Source: an uncultured Clostridium sp.
GTDB taxonomy: Bacteria > Bacillota > Clostridia > TANB77 > CAG-508
Assembly (NCBI GenBank): GCA_947574235.1
Contig: CANPIU010000005.1
Location: 1-54,760 of the forward strand
Direction: 5' to 3'
DNA length: 54,760 bases
Shown: positions 10,998-22,069 of the stretch, piece after piece
Layout of the letters: every line of letters begins with the position of its first letter
Numbering within the stretch: position 1 is the stretch's first letter
Notes under the pieces: generated by a model
Databases searched by the model: none
What the model saw: the letters and a program-made list of their open reading frames with translations, nothing else
Told to the model about the DNA's origin: nothing
Translations under genes and position numbers: made by a program

Positions 10998-11064
10998 ATT
11001 GGAAGAAAGTGTTATTGAATAAGAAAAAGTAAGAGTATATAATAAAAGTTGTGGGGGGATTTTT

Positions 11065-14000
11065 ATGAGAACAAAAGGGAAAAGAATAATGATAGTAGCG
11101 ATGCTTATAACTATCCTGTTACCAAGCTTTTTGGCAACAGTAAGTTTAGCAAGGGAAGAAATACAAAATGTTCAAGATAGGAAAGAGGAAGCAGTAGTTG
11201 TAGAAAATAAGCAAGAAACTGATAAAGAAAAAGAAACAGAGAATATTGAGGAAGAAAGAAAAGAGCAAGAAAAAGACACAGAGATAGAAGAAGAGAAACA
11301 AGACGAGATAGAGTTAGAAGAAAAACAAGAGGAAGAAAAAATAGAAATAGAACCTAAGGTAGAAGAAAATGCTTCAATACAAAAGAAAGCAATTTCCGAT
11401 GCATCAATACAATTACCAGACGGAGATGGCGTTTATGTAATTGCAACAGCATTGGATGAAAATAAAGTAATTGATATTAGTGGTGGTTCAACGGTAAATG
11501 CTGCAAATGTTCAATTATGGAGAAATGCTAATGTAAAACAACAAAAATTTGAATTGCGCTATGACAAGCAGTTAAAAACTTATACCATAAAAGCAACTCA
11601 TGCTAATAAAGTATTAGACGTAGCAGGCGGAGGAAAAGTAAATGGAACCAATGTGCAACAATATGAAAGTAATGGAACAATAGCACAACAATGGTTATTA
11701 GAAGATGCAGGAAATGGCTATTTTTATGTGGTTTCAAAGTGTAATGGCTTGTATTTAGAAGTAGCCAATGGACAAGCAAAAGATGGGGCTAATATACAAG
11801 TATATGAAGGAAAACAAAGCAAGGCTCAAAAATTTAAATTTATGAAAACACAAGATTTAATTCCCATAGAATTACCAGAAGGAGATGGGATTTATACGAT
11901 TTCAACAGCGTTAGATAATAACAAAGTATTAGACGTAGATTGTGGTTCGAAAGAAAATGGAGCAAATATCCAATTGTGGACAAATCAAAATGTGAAGCAA
12001 GAACAGTTTCAATTAAAATACAATGGGCAGTCTCAAACGTATACTATAATATCTGTGTCTTCTAATAAAGCATTAGACGTAGCAGGTGGAGGCAAAAGAA
12101 ATGGAACTAATGTACAACAGTTTGAGAGCAATAACACGATAGCACAACAATGGGTTTTACAAGAGGCAGGAAATGGCTATTTTTATGTTATGTCAAAGTG
12201 TAATGATTTATATTTAGACGTAAGTAATGCAAAAGCTGACAATGGTGCTAATATACAAATGTATCAAGGAAATCGAACCAATGCTCAAAAATTTAAATTT
12301 ACAAAAGTTCCTGAATTAGTATCGAAAAAGTTACCAGAAGGAGATGGGATTTACCATATTGCAACAGCCTTAGATACCAATAAAGTGCTAGACGTAGATG
12401 CTGGCTCTTATGATAATTTTGCGAATATTCAACTATGGAGAAATGCCAAAGCACAACAAGAAAGATTTGAATTTAAATATAATGAAAAATTGAAAACTTA
12501 TACGATTTTAGCAGTGCACTCTGGAAAAGCCTTAGATGTAGCAGGTGGCGGGATAAAAAGTGGAACCAATATACAACAATATGATAGCAATAACACGGTA
12601 GCACAACAATGGCTATTAGAAGAGGCGGGAAATGGCGAATATTATATTATTTCAAAATGTAATGAGTTATATTTAGAAGTAGCCAATGGACAAGCAAAAG
12701 ATGGGGCCAATATTCAAGTGAGTGAAGGAAATCGAACCATAGCACAAAGGTTTAAACTGATTAAAGATAAAGAAATGGAAAGTAAAAAAACAATAGAAAA
12801 TGGGATTTATCAAATTCATCCTAAAATGAATAAAGATAGAATTCTGCAAGTAAATAGTAGCTTAAATCAGTTACAATTAGTCAATCAGTCAAAGATTATT
12901 AATGATAACAATAAATTTAAAATAGACTATTTACAAAATGGATATTATAGCATAAAAGTATTAAAAGATTTACAAAATATAACGGTTGAAAACGGTGGAA
13001 AAACAAATGGAACTAAAGTTAAAATGCAAAAGCAAGAAAATTCAACGACACAGGAGTGGATAATTAAACAAACCAATGATGGCTATTTTAATATTCTAGC
13101 AAGATGCAGTGGGTTATATATGGATTTAACAGGAGATACCGATAAAATAGAAACTATTCTTCAAATGTATGAAAAGAAAGGAAGCGAAGCACAAAAGTTT
13201 TCCTTTGAAAAAGTAGAAGCAAGTGTAGAAGGAGAAAAGATAGTCGACAATGGTGTTTATTATATTCAAAGTGCACTTAACTCGAATAAAGTATTAGACG
13301 TTTCACAGGCTTCTTATGACAATTATGCGAATATCCAATTATGGCAAAATGTAGAAGCACAACAACAAAAATTTCAAGTTACGTTTCATGAACAAGAAAA
13401 ATATTATGAAATAAGAGTGGCACACTCTGGAAAAGCCTTAGATGCCAATAATTGTGGTAAAAGCAATGGGACTAATGTACAACAATATGAAAATAATGCT
13501 TCAATGGCTCAGAGGTGGATTTTGCAAGAGGCAGGAAATGGCTATGTTTATATTTTTTCAAAAGGTTCAGGTATGTATTTGGATGTAGCCAATGGGACAG
13601 CAAGAGATGCTGCTAATATACAGTTATACGAAGGAAATGAAACAATGGCTCAAAAATTCAAATTAGTAAGAGCTAAAACGATTGCAGAAGATATTTACAA
13701 AATATCCATCCGAAATGACACTAACAAATTTTTGGATATTTCAGGTGGTTCTAATGCAGATGGTGCCAATTTACAAATCTGGGAAAATAGTAATGTCAAT
13801 CAGCAAGTTTTTAAAGTAAAATATGATGCCGATAATCAATATTGTAAAATAATTGCAAAACACTCTAATAAAGTATTAGCAGTAACTAAGGATAATAATG
13901 TAGTACAAGAAACAGATACCAATTCTGATAATCAAAAATGGAGTCTTGAGGTGGTGGCTTATGGTTACTATAAGGTAAAATCAAAGGCAAATGGCTTGTA

Positions 14001-14691
14001 TTTAGACGTAGCTTCTAATGGAACTGCTAATGGAACGAATATTAAAACTTATACAGGCTATAATACCAATGCACAAAAATTCTATTTTTCAGGTGTTAGA
14101 GAACTAGATGGCGTAGATGTAAGTGAATGGCAAGGACCAATTAATTGGGAATTTGTAAGAAGAGCTGGGGTGGATTTTGCTATTGTTAGAGTAGGATATG
14201 GACAACATGCTCATCAAAAAGATAAATATTTTGAACAAAATTATAAGGAAGCAAGAGCAGCAGGATTAAGAGTGGGAACTTATTTATATTCTTATGCACA
14301 ATCAGTAGAAGATGCCAGAAGAGAAGCCTATAATTGCTTAAATTGGCTAAATGGTAGATATTTAGATTATCCAGTGTTCTATGATATAGAGGACCCAAGT
14401 CAAGGTTGGATTGACCCACAAACCATGACAGATATGATAAAAGCTTTTTGCGAAATTATTACTAATGCAGGCTATAAAGCAGGAGTCTATACTTTTAGAG
14501 ATTGGTTTAGACATAAAATACATACAGGACAACTTGGAAATTACCAAATTTGGTTAGCACATTATACTTGGGACCCAAATAAGAAGTCAGATTATGAAGG
14601 CTATTATAATATATGGCAATATACAAGTAGAGGGTATGTACCTGGAATTAATGGAAATGCAGATAGAAATATCGAATATAGAAATTATTAA
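11065..14691 (+). CDS. Secreted GH25 muramidase with six ricin-B (beta-trefoil) lectin-like modules
   Basis: Signal peptide, Glu-rich linker, six ~150 aa modules with VLDV...NVQ...QQW/QKF, C-terminal GVDVSEWQG...YDIED...WQYTS...D GH25 domain. Confidence 0.85.
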   Translation: MRTKGKRIMIVAMLITILLPSFLATVSLAREEIQNVQDRKEEAVVVENKQETDKEKETENIEEERKEQEKDTEIEEEKQDEIELEEKQEEEKIEIEPKVEENASIQKKAISDASIQLPDGDGVYVIATALDENKVIDISGGSTVNAANVQLWRNANVKQQKFELRYDKQLKTYTIKATHANKVLDVAGGGKVNGTNVQQYESNGTIAQQWLLEDAGNGYFYVVSKCNGLYLEVANGQAKDGANIQVYEGKQSKAQKFKFMKTQDLIPIELPEGDGIYTISTALDNNKVLDVDCGSKENGANIQLWTNQNVKQEQFQLKYNGQSQTYTIISVSSNKALDVAGGGKRNGTNVQQFESNNTIAQQWVLQEAGNGYFYVMSKCNDLYLDVSNAKADNGANIQMYQGNRTNAQKFKFTKVPELVSKKLPEGDGIYHIATALDTNKVLDVDAGSYDNFANIQLWRNAKAQQERFEFKYNEKLKTYTILAVHSGKALDVAGGGIKSGTNIQQYDSNNTVAQQWLLEEAGNGEYYIISKCNELYLEVANGQAKDGANIQVSEGNRTIAQRFKLIKDKEMESKKTIENGIYQIHPKMNKDRILQVNSSLNQLQLVNQSKIINDNNKFKIDYLQNGYYSIKVLKDLQNITVENGGKTNGTKVKMQKQENSTTQEWIIKQTNDGYFNILARCSGLYMDLTGDTDKIETILQMYEKKGSEAQKFSFEKVEASVEGEKIVDNGVYYIQSALNSNKVLDVSQASYDNYANIQLWQNVEAQQQKFQVTFHEQEKYYEIRVAHSGKALDANNCGKSNGTNVQQYENNASMAQRWILQEAGNGYVYIFSKGSGMYLDVANGTARDAANIQLYEGNETMAQKFKLVRAKTIAEDIYKISIRNDTNKFLDISGGSNADGANLQIWENSNVNQQVFKVKYDADNQYCKIIAKHSNKVLAVTKDNNVVQETDTNSDNQKWSLEVVAYGYYKVKSKANGLYLDVASNGTANGTNIKTYTGYNTNAQKFYFSGVRELDGVDVSEWQGPINWEFVRRAGVDFAIVRVGYGQHAHQKDKYFEQNYKEARAAGLRVGTYLYSYAQSVEDARREAYNCLNWLNGRYLDYPVFYDIEDPSQGWIDPQTMTDMIKAFCEIITNAGYKAGVYTFRDWFRHKIHTGQLGNYQIWLAHYTWDPNKKSDYEGYYNIWQYTSRGYVPGINGNADRNIEYRNY

Positions 14692-14695
14692 AAAG

Positions 14696-14741
14696 AAACC
14701 CAAAAGAAATGTCGAATTTTAGGTATTTCTTTTTGGGTTTT
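14696..14741 (+). terminator. Putative intrinsic terminator
   Basis: AAACCCAAAAGAAAT...ATTTCTTTTTGGGTTT imperfect hairpin right after stop. Confidence 0.6.
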
Positions 14742-14854
14742 ACTTGATTTTTTGGAATAGGAAGATAATGGAATTTATTAAAATTACTTGATTTTACGAC
14801 ATAATATGATATAAAATAAGAAGGAATAGAGGGGAAACAAGGGAGGAAATACAT

Positions 14855-17800
14855 ATGAAAATAAGGACAATAGGGATTCTATTATTAATTGGGATATTGG
14901 TTTTACCATCGTTTATTCCCACAATAAGCTTTGCGTATGAAGAATTAGAAAAACAAAACGTAACAGAAAATGAAGTGGAAAAGGAAGAAACAAATACAAC
15001 GGAAGATTTAGAAGAACCAGAACAGCCTGAAGAAATAGAACAACCAGAAGAACCAAAGGAAGAAGAATTACAAAAGCCAACCGAGGTAGAAGAACAACCA
15101 GTAGATAGTAAAGAACTAGAAGAACCAGAAGAAGTAGAAGAGGCGATACAAGAAGAATTAGAAACGAAAAACCTTATGAGAGCAGTGGCTCCTAGTTCAT
15201 CTATCCAATTACCAGAAGGAGATGGGATTTATACAATTGCATCAGCCTTAAATACAAACAAAGTATTAGACGTAGATTGTGGTTCGAAAGAAAATGGAGC
15301 GAATATTCAATTATGGGCGAATCAAAATGTAAAACAAGAACAATTCAAGTTAAAATATGATGCACAATCTAAAACCTATACCATAATATCAGTGCAGTCT
15401 AATAAGGTGTTAGACGTAGCAGGTGGTGGAATAACCAATGGAACTAATGTGCAACAATTTGAAAGTAATCATACACCATCTCAACAATGGGTATTAAAAG
15501 AAGCAGGAAATGGCTATTATTATGTAATATCCAAAGGAAATGGATTATATTTAGACGTAGCAAATGGCGTAGCAAAAGATGGGGCTAATATTCATATGTA
15601 TATGGAAAACCAGACATTAGCACAAAAATTCAAATTTATTAAGATAGAAAATTTAGAACCAGTAGAGTTACCAGAAGGGGATGGAATTTATACGATTGCA
15701 TCTGCTTTAAATACAAACAAAGTATTAGATATTGATTGTGGTTCTAAGGAAAATGGTGCTAATGTTCAATTATGGGAGAACCAAGATGTAAAGCAAGAGC
15801 AGTTTGAATTAAAATACAATGCACAGTCTAAAACTTATACGATAATATCAGCAAAATCAAATAAAGTATTAGACGTAGCAGGTGGTGGAAAAGTAAATGG
15901 AACGAATGTGCAACAATTTCAAAGCAACAATACGCCATCTCAGCAATGGGTGTTACAAAATGCAGGAAATGGCTATTATTATATTGTATCAAAAGGTAGT
16001 GGACTATATTTAGAGGTAGCAGGTGGCGTGGCAAAGGATGGAGCTAATATCCAGATATATGAAGGAAATAAAACAACAGCACAGAAATTTAAGTTTGTTA
16101 AGATGAAAGATTTAGAAACAGAACAGTTACCAGAAGGAGATGGGATTTATACAATTGCATCTGCTTTAAATACAAGTAAGGTATTAGATATTGACTGCGG
16201 TTCTAAGGAAAATGGTGCTAATATTCAATTATGGGCCAACCAAAATGTAAAACAGGAACAGTTTAAATTAAAATATAATGCGTTATCTAAAACCTATACC
16301 ATAACGTCAGTTCAATCAGATAAGGTGTTAGACGTAGCAGGTGGTGGAAAAACAAATGGAACCAATGTACAACAATTTCAAAGTAATAATACACCATCTC
16401 AGCAATGGGTATTACAAAGTGCAGGAAATGGGTATTATTATATTGTATCAAAAGGTAGTGGTTTATATTTAGATGTAGCAGGTGGTGTCGCAAAAGATGG
16501 AGCCAATATTCAAATATATGAAGGAAATAAAACCAATGCACAAAAATTCAAGTTTACGAAAGTAAAGAAATTGGTATCTGTACAATTGCCAGGTGGAGAT
16601 GGGATTTATACAATTGCATCAGCATTGGATAATAGTAAAGTATTAGATATTGCAGGTGGGTCTAAGGATAATTATGCTAATGTTAGATTATGGAGAGATG
16701 CCGATGTAAAACAACAAAAATTTGAATTAAAATATGATACTCAGTCAAAAACGTATACGATAAAAGCAACACACTCTAATAAAGTATTAGACGTAGCAGG
16801 TGGCGGAACAACTAATGGAACCAATGTACAGCAATTCAATAGTAATCATACAGAGTCACAGCAATGGGTATTAGAAGATGCAGGAAATGGCTATTTTTAT
16901 GTCATAGCCAAAAATAGCGGATTATATCTCAATGTAGAAAGCAATCAAGTAAGCAATGGGACTAATATAGGAATATATGAGGAAACAAAGACAGCAGCAC
17001 AAAAATTCAAATTTACACCAACTGGATACCAAACCATAGCAGATGGGTTTTATGTAATAAAATCAGCACTTAACACCAATTATGTATTAGACGTAGAAGG
17101 TGGTTCGAAAGCGGATAAAGCAAATGTGCAATTATATACAGCTAATCATTCAGAAGCCCAAAAATGGCAGGTAAAATATTTGGGAAATGGGCGTTATACA
17201 ATCATGGCAGCACACTCAGGAAAAGTGTTAGACGTAGCAGGAGGCGGAAGCGCTTATCGAACTAATGTACAACAATTTACGAACAACAATACAACGGCAC
17301 AACAATGGATATTGCAAGATGCAGGAAATGGTTATTTTAACATTATATCCATGTGCAATCGATTATATTTAGACGTAAGTAATGCAATTGCTACTAATGG
17401 TGCGAATATTCAAATATATGCAGGAAGTAACAATAATGCTCAGAAATTTCAATTTGAAAAAACAAATTCCTCAAATTATGCTAATTTAGATGAAGGAAAA
17501 TATCCAGGTTATAAAGCGATGCTACAACAATTACAAAATAAACACCCTAATTGGAGTTTTCAAATTTATTACACTGGTTTAGATTGGAACGCAGCAGTAA
17601 ACCAACAAGATGTCTTAGCAGGTATTAATGACCCAAGAAGTTTAGTACATGAATATTATTATTTGCATGATAGTGGTGGAGCAGAATGGATTAATGGGTT
17701 AACCAAATATGATACTTCAAAAGAGTGGTATAGAGCTTCCAGAAAAGGAATTGGTTATATGATGGACCCAAGAAATAGTTTAGAAGAAGCATGGATTTTC

Positions 17801-18382
17801 CAATTCCAAGACTTAACCGATTCATCAGCTACAAAAGAAGAAATCATAAAAATGTTATCCAATGTTACTTTCTTAAAAAATAAAGAAACAGCAGCAGATA
17901 CCATCGTGAAACAATGTGCGAAAAAGGGAGTTAATCCTTTCCATATTGTAGCTAGGATGGTTCAAGAACAAGGCAATAATGGAGGTTCTAGTAACGGATT
18001 TCAATGTACACATGCTCATAAAAACACGGTCTACAATTTGTTTAATATTAAGGTAAGTGGTCCAAATGGATTGACCATAGGCGCTAATTATGCATGTGAT
18101 AAAGGATGGCTTACCCAAGAAAAATGTATCGAAGATAGTATTGATTTTATTAAAGATGAATATATTGGAGTAGGACAATCTACGTTATATTTCCAAAAAT
18201 ACAATGTAGTCAATCAAATATATAGTCATCAATATATGACTAATATTTATGGAGCAAATGATGAAGGGAATAAAATGTATCAAGGATATAGTGCTAACAA
18301 TCTTTTAAATAGAGAATTCAAATTTGTAATTCCAGTCTATGAAAATATGCCAAGTATGCCAAGTCCAAGACCAGGAAGATAA
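14855..18382 (+). CDS. Secreted cell wall hydrolase: five ricin-B modules plus glucosaminidase-like C-terminal domain
   Basis: Signal peptide, Glu/Pro linker, five LPEGDGIY-type modules; C-terminus with YMMDPRN, QEQG, YNLFNI, TLYFQKYNV, HQYMTNI typical of clostridial glucosaminidase-like autolysins. Confidence 0.75.
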   Translation: MKIRTIGILLLIGILVLPSFIPTISFAYEELEKQNVTENEVEKEETNTTEDLEEPEQPEEIEQPEEPKEEELQKPTEVEEQPVDSKELEEPEEVEEAIQEELETKNLMRAVAPSSSIQLPEGDGIYTIASALNTNKVLDVDCGSKENGANIQLWANQNVKQEQFKLKYDAQSKTYTIISVQSNKVLDVAGGGITNGTNVQQFESNHTPSQQWVLKEAGNGYYYVISKGNGLYLDVANGVAKDGANIHMYMENQTLAQKFKFIKIENLEPVELPEGDGIYTIASALNTNKVLDIDCGSKENGANVQLWENQDVKQEQFELKYNAQSKTYTIISAKSNKVLDVAGGGKVNGTNVQQFQSNNTPSQQWVLQNAGNGYYYIVSKGSGLYLEVAGGVAKDGANIQIYEGNKTTAQKFKFVKMKDLETEQLPEGDGIYTIASALNTSKVLDIDCGSKENGANIQLWANQNVKQEQFKLKYNALSKTYTITSVQSDKVLDVAGGGKTNGTNVQQFQSNNTPSQQWVLQSAGNGYYYIVSKGSGLYLDVAGGVAKDGANIQIYEGNKTNAQKFKFTKVKKLVSVQLPGGDGIYTIASALDNSKVLDIAGGSKDNYANVRLWRDADVKQQKFELKYDTQSKTYTIKATHSNKVLDVAGGGTTNGTNVQQFNSNHTESQQWVLEDAGNGYFYVIAKNSGLYLNVESNQVSNGTNIGIYEETKTAAQKFKFTPTGYQTIADGFYVIKSALNTNYVLDVEGGSKADKANVQLYTANHSEAQKWQVKYLGNGRYTIMAAHSGKVLDVAGGGSAYRTNVQQFTNNNTTAQQWILQDAGNGYFNIISMCNRLYLDVSNAIATNGANIQIYAGSNNNAQKFQFEKTNSSNYANLDEGKYPGYKAMLQQLQNKHPNWSFQIYYTGLDWNAAVNQQDVLAGINDPRSLVHEYYYLHDSGGAEWINGLTKYDTSKEWYRASRKGIGYMMDPRNSLEEAWIFQFQDLTDSSATKEEIIKMLSNVTFLKNKETAADTIVKQCAKKGVNPFHIVARMVQEQGNNGGSSNGFQCTHAHKNTVYNLFNIKVSGPNGLTIGANYACDKGWLTQEKCIEDSIDFIKDEYIGVGQSTLYFQKYNVVNQIYSHQYMTNIYGANDEGNKMYQGYSANNLLNREFKFVIPVYENMPSMPSPRPGR

Positions 18383-18397
18383 TAGAGGCTTAAACTA

Positions 18398-18436
18398 AAT
18401 AGTTGAGAAGAATATTTCTCAACTATTAATTTTTTT
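18398..18436 (+). terminator. Intrinsic terminator
   Basis: AATAGTTGAGAA-N6-TTCTCAACTATT then T tract. Confidence 0.8.
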
Positions 18437-18460
18437 ACCCTATTTTATTATGCCAACCTA

Positions 18461-18489
18461 TTGACACTTTGAAAAATTAAAGCTAAAAT
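18461..18489 (+). promoter_or_regulatory. Putative sigma-A promoter
   Basis: TTGACA-17 nt-TAAAAT upstream of GT2 gene. Confidence 0.7.
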
Positions 18490-18510
18490 GAAAAAAATAG
18501 GAGGCTGATT

Positions 18511-19371
18511 ATGAAAGAAAAGTTAGTTTCTATTGTAACGCCCTGTTACAATGGAGAAAAATATGTAGAAAGATTAATAAAATCCATATTAGAGCAAACG
18601 TATGCTAACATAGAATTTATAGTAATAGACGACGGTTCAACTGACAACACAGAAAAAGTAGTAAAAAAATATGAAACGAAATTAAAAGACAAGAACATAA
18701 CTTTAAAGTATATTAAACAAAAAAATCAGGGACAAGCAGCAGCAGTGAATAATGGACTAAAACAGGTAGAAGGAGAATTTTTAATCTGGCCAGATGCAGA
18801 TGACTACTTTGAAAAAGAAGCAATTGAAGAGATGACAAATTTTTTAGAGAATAATAAAGAGTATAATGCCGTTAGGGGGAAAGTAGCTTTTAGAAAAGAC
18901 AATGCAGAACAAGAAATATTAGAAATTAGGGGAAGTAGTAATCCAGATAATACAGATTTATTCCTAAATTATATCTTAGAAGAAGATACCTATTGTTTTG
19001 CTGGAGGAACTATGCTAATTAGAACAGAAAACTTTTTGAATAAAAATAAAGGAAGAGATATTTATCTCAATAAAGCAGGTCAGAATTGGCAAATTATTTT
19101 ACCATCAGTATACCAGAGCAAAACAGGATATCTTGATAAAGTAGTATACAATTATATAGTTAGGGAAAATAGTCATTCGAGAACAAAGCAAAGTAAATTA
19201 GATGTCCTAAAAAGAATGCAAAATCATAAAAAAATACTAAGTAAAACAGTAGCTAAAATAGTAGATGACAGAGAAGAAAAAAAGAAATATTTAAAAATTA
19301 TTAAAGATAAATATGACAAAAGGCAAAAAGAATACATAAAATACCAATTAAAACATTGGAAAGAAAAATAA
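18511..19371 (+). CDS. GT2-family glycosyltransferase
   Basis: SIVTPCYN, DDGSTD, NQGQ, WPDADD; AGGAGG SD. Confidence 0.88.
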   Translation: MKEKLVSIVTPCYNGEKYVERLIKSILEQTYANIEFIVIDDGSTDNTEKVVKKYETKLKDKNITLKYIKQKNQGQAAAVNNGLKQVEGEFLIWPDADDYFEKEAIEEMTNFLENNKEYNAVRGKVAFRKDNAEQEILEIRGSSNPDNTDLFLNYILEEDTYCFAGGTMLIRTENFLNKNKGRDIYLNKAGQNWQIILPSVYQSKTGYLDKVVYNYIVRENSHSRTKQSKLDVLKRMQNHKKILSKTVAKIVDDREEKKKYLKIIKDKYDKRQKEYIKYQLKHWKEK

Positions 19372-19395
19372 CGTCCTATTGAATAGGATGTTTTT
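19370..19395 (+). terminator. Putative intrinsic terminator
   Basis: AACGTCCTATT-G-AATAGGATGTT hairpin followed by Ts. Confidence 0.65.
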
Positions 19396-19444
19396 AATAT
19401 TCTAGGAAAGTTATCATGGTATGATAATTTTCCTTTGCAAACGA

Positions 19445-19473
19445 TTGACTAAGCCCAAAAATCCTGATAAAAT
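19445..19473 (+). promoter_or_regulatory. Putative sigma-A promoter
   Basis: TTGACT-17 nt-TAAAAT with TG extended -10; supports ATG 19508 as true start. Confidence 0.6.
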
Positions 19474-19507
19474 GACAATTAAGAAAGAGGAGAAAGAGGT
19501 GCTGAAA

Positions 19508-22022
19508 ATGAACTTTTTATTATATGGGGAAGGAACATTTTTAAACAAAGGATGCGAAGCCATTGTCAACACAACGATAAAGAAAATCCAGAAAGTAAGC
19601 AAGGGAGAAATTATTTTATCAACGAATGACTTAGCTTATGATAGTAAGTATTATCAAGATATCATTACCAAATATGTAAAAGGATATTATCAAGAAAATG
19701 AACTAACCAAAGAAGAAAAAGAAAAAATAGAATACTACCAATCAATACCTTTTGACTATACCAATTTTGAAAAAATATACGAAAAAGATTGTTTGAAAGA
19801 AATCGAAAATGCCGATATTTGTATGTCCGTAGGAGGAGACAATTATTGTTATGGGGAACCAAACTGGATTTATACCATTAACAAAGAAATAAAAGCCCAA
19901 AATAAGAAAAACGTTTTTTGGTGTACCTCTTTATTTGAAACCATAGAATCTCCTGAAATGATAAGAGATTTAAAAACCTTTGACGTAATCGTCGCAAGAG
20001 AAACTTTAACTTATAAAGCATTAGAAAAATTCATAGAGAAAGAAAGACTTATTTTATCAGTAGATACAGCTTTTTCTTTAGAGAGAAAAGAAGTAGAGTT
20101 GCCACAAGTATTTAAAACAGGTAAAAAAGTAATTGGAATTAATATTAGCCCATTAATTTCAAAATATACCGAAAAAGAAAATAATATCTTAGCAAGTATT
20201 CAAGCCTTAATCGATTTTATTTTGAATGAAACGGACAATAATATTTGTCTTATTCCTCATGTCTATATTGAAGGAAATAATGACTTAGACTCGCTAAAAA
20301 TGGTAAAAGACTTATATCAGGAAGAAGAAAGAGTTGGTATATTAAGCGATAAAATTTATGATTGTGAAGAATTAAAATATGTCATTTCCAATTGTAGTTA
20401 TCTAATTGCTGCCAGGACCCATGCTAGTATTGCTGGATATTCTAGTTTAGTGCCAACACTTGTCATAGGTTATAGTGTTAAATCAAAAGGAATTGCTTTG
20501 GATTTATTTGGCGAGCATGAAAATTATGTAATACCAGTCGATAAAATGACGCCAGAAATCTTATTAAATAAGTTTAAATTTATCCTAGCAAATGAAAAAG
20601 AAATCAAGAAAATCTTAGCAGAAAAAATACCAGAATATAAAGAAAAAGCAGATAATCAACTACTAGAGGTACTAAGAAGATTAGAGGCTTTAGATAAAAA
20701 ATATGTCACAGGTAGGTTTAAATGTACTGGTTGCGAGGCTTGTAAAAATATATGCCCACATAATGCTATCCAAATGATAGAAAGTGAAGAAGGATTTTTA
20801 TATCCACATATCGACAAAGAAAAGTGTACAGAGTGTGATTTGTGCCGAAAGATTTGCCCAGCCAATAAAGTTTATCAAAATGAATATGAAGAACCAGAAT
20901 TTTATGCTGTTAAAAGTTTAGAAGAAACCGACCGAAAAAATAGTTCTTCTGGTGGGATAGTTTGTGCTATTGCAAAAGATATTTTAAAGGAAAATGGTGT
21001 AGTATATGGGGTAGCCCTAGAAGAAAAGGAAGCCAAACATATTAGAATTAGTAAAGTAGAAGATTTGGAAAAAATAATGGGCTCTAAATATGTACAAAGC
21101 AAAATGGATGCCATTTTAAAAGAAGTAAAAAATGATTTAGAAGAAAAGAAAAAAGTGTTATTTACAGGAACACCTTGCCAAATCGAAGGCTTGCAATCCT
21201 ATTTAGGAAAGAAGTATGAAAATTTAATCTGTCTTTCTATTATATGTCATGGGGTACCTAGCCCAAAGGTATGGAAACAATATAGAAGAAAAAAGGGAAA
21301 CTTTACAAAATGTCAATTTCAGAAATAAAGAGTTTGGTTGGCATAAATTTAGTATGTTATATCAATATGAAAATGGAAGAAAAGAGGTAGTTCCTTTTAC
21401 AGAAGATATCTATATGCAAGGTTTCTTAAAAAATTATTTCTTAAGAGAATCTTGTTATAATTGCCAAATGAGATTTGACAAAAAGAACAGTGCTGATATT
21501 ATCATTGGAGATTTCTGGGGGATTGAAAATGTATTCCCAGAGATGGATGATGATAAAGGAATATCAGCTGTAATTCTTAACTCTGCCAAAGGAAAAGAAG
21601 TATTTCAAAAATTAGAAGAAAAAATCGAATTAAAAGAAACAACGTTTGAAGCTATTTTAAAAGCAAATCCTGTTCTTACTTCTTCCGTAGCCTATACGAA
21701 AAATCGAGAAAAATTCTTTTCCTTAGTAGAGAATAACGAGGTTGAAACAAGTATTCAAGTAATCAAAGGCATCGAAGCAGATAAAGAAATCGAAAAGAAA
21801 GAACAAGAAAATGCTAAATTAAGAGGAGAAATTTCAATTTTAAATCAACAAATAAAAGATTTATTAGATGCCAAAGAATATTTTTTAGGACAATTAGAAT
21901 TAAAAGATACACAAATAGAAGGAAAGGCAGAAGAATTACAAAAAATATATTATAGTAGAAGATGGAAATATACGAGTAAAATTGCCGAGGTTGTCAATAA
22001 AATAAGAAGAAAAAAAGGTTGA
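19508..22022 (+). CDS. Polysaccharide pyruvyltransferase-like + 2x[4Fe-4S] ferredoxin + FrhB-like fusion with C-terminal coiled coil; split by a +1 frameshift near 21284
   Basis: NKGCEA, GGDNY, ARET, ARTHASI (pyruvyltransferase); CTGCEACKNICP and CTECDLCRKICP; SSSGG, GSKYVQS, GTPCQ, ICHGVPS continuing in +1 frame to NFRNK, LRESCYNC, ADIIIGDFWG; joined ~837 aa. Confidence 0.75.
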
Positions 22023-22047
22023 TTTTTATAGGAAGTATTGATATAAT
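22019..22047 (+). promoter_or_regulatory. Putative sigma-A promoter of wzt
   Basis: TTGATT-17 nt-TATAAT with TG extended -10. Confidence 0.6.
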
Positions 22048-22069
22048 GTGTTCGAAGGAGAAGACAAAA

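Noticed and set aside
11400-17460. DNA-level repeat element or array in the hydrolase genes
   Set aside because: Explained by ~450-bp coding ricin-B modules
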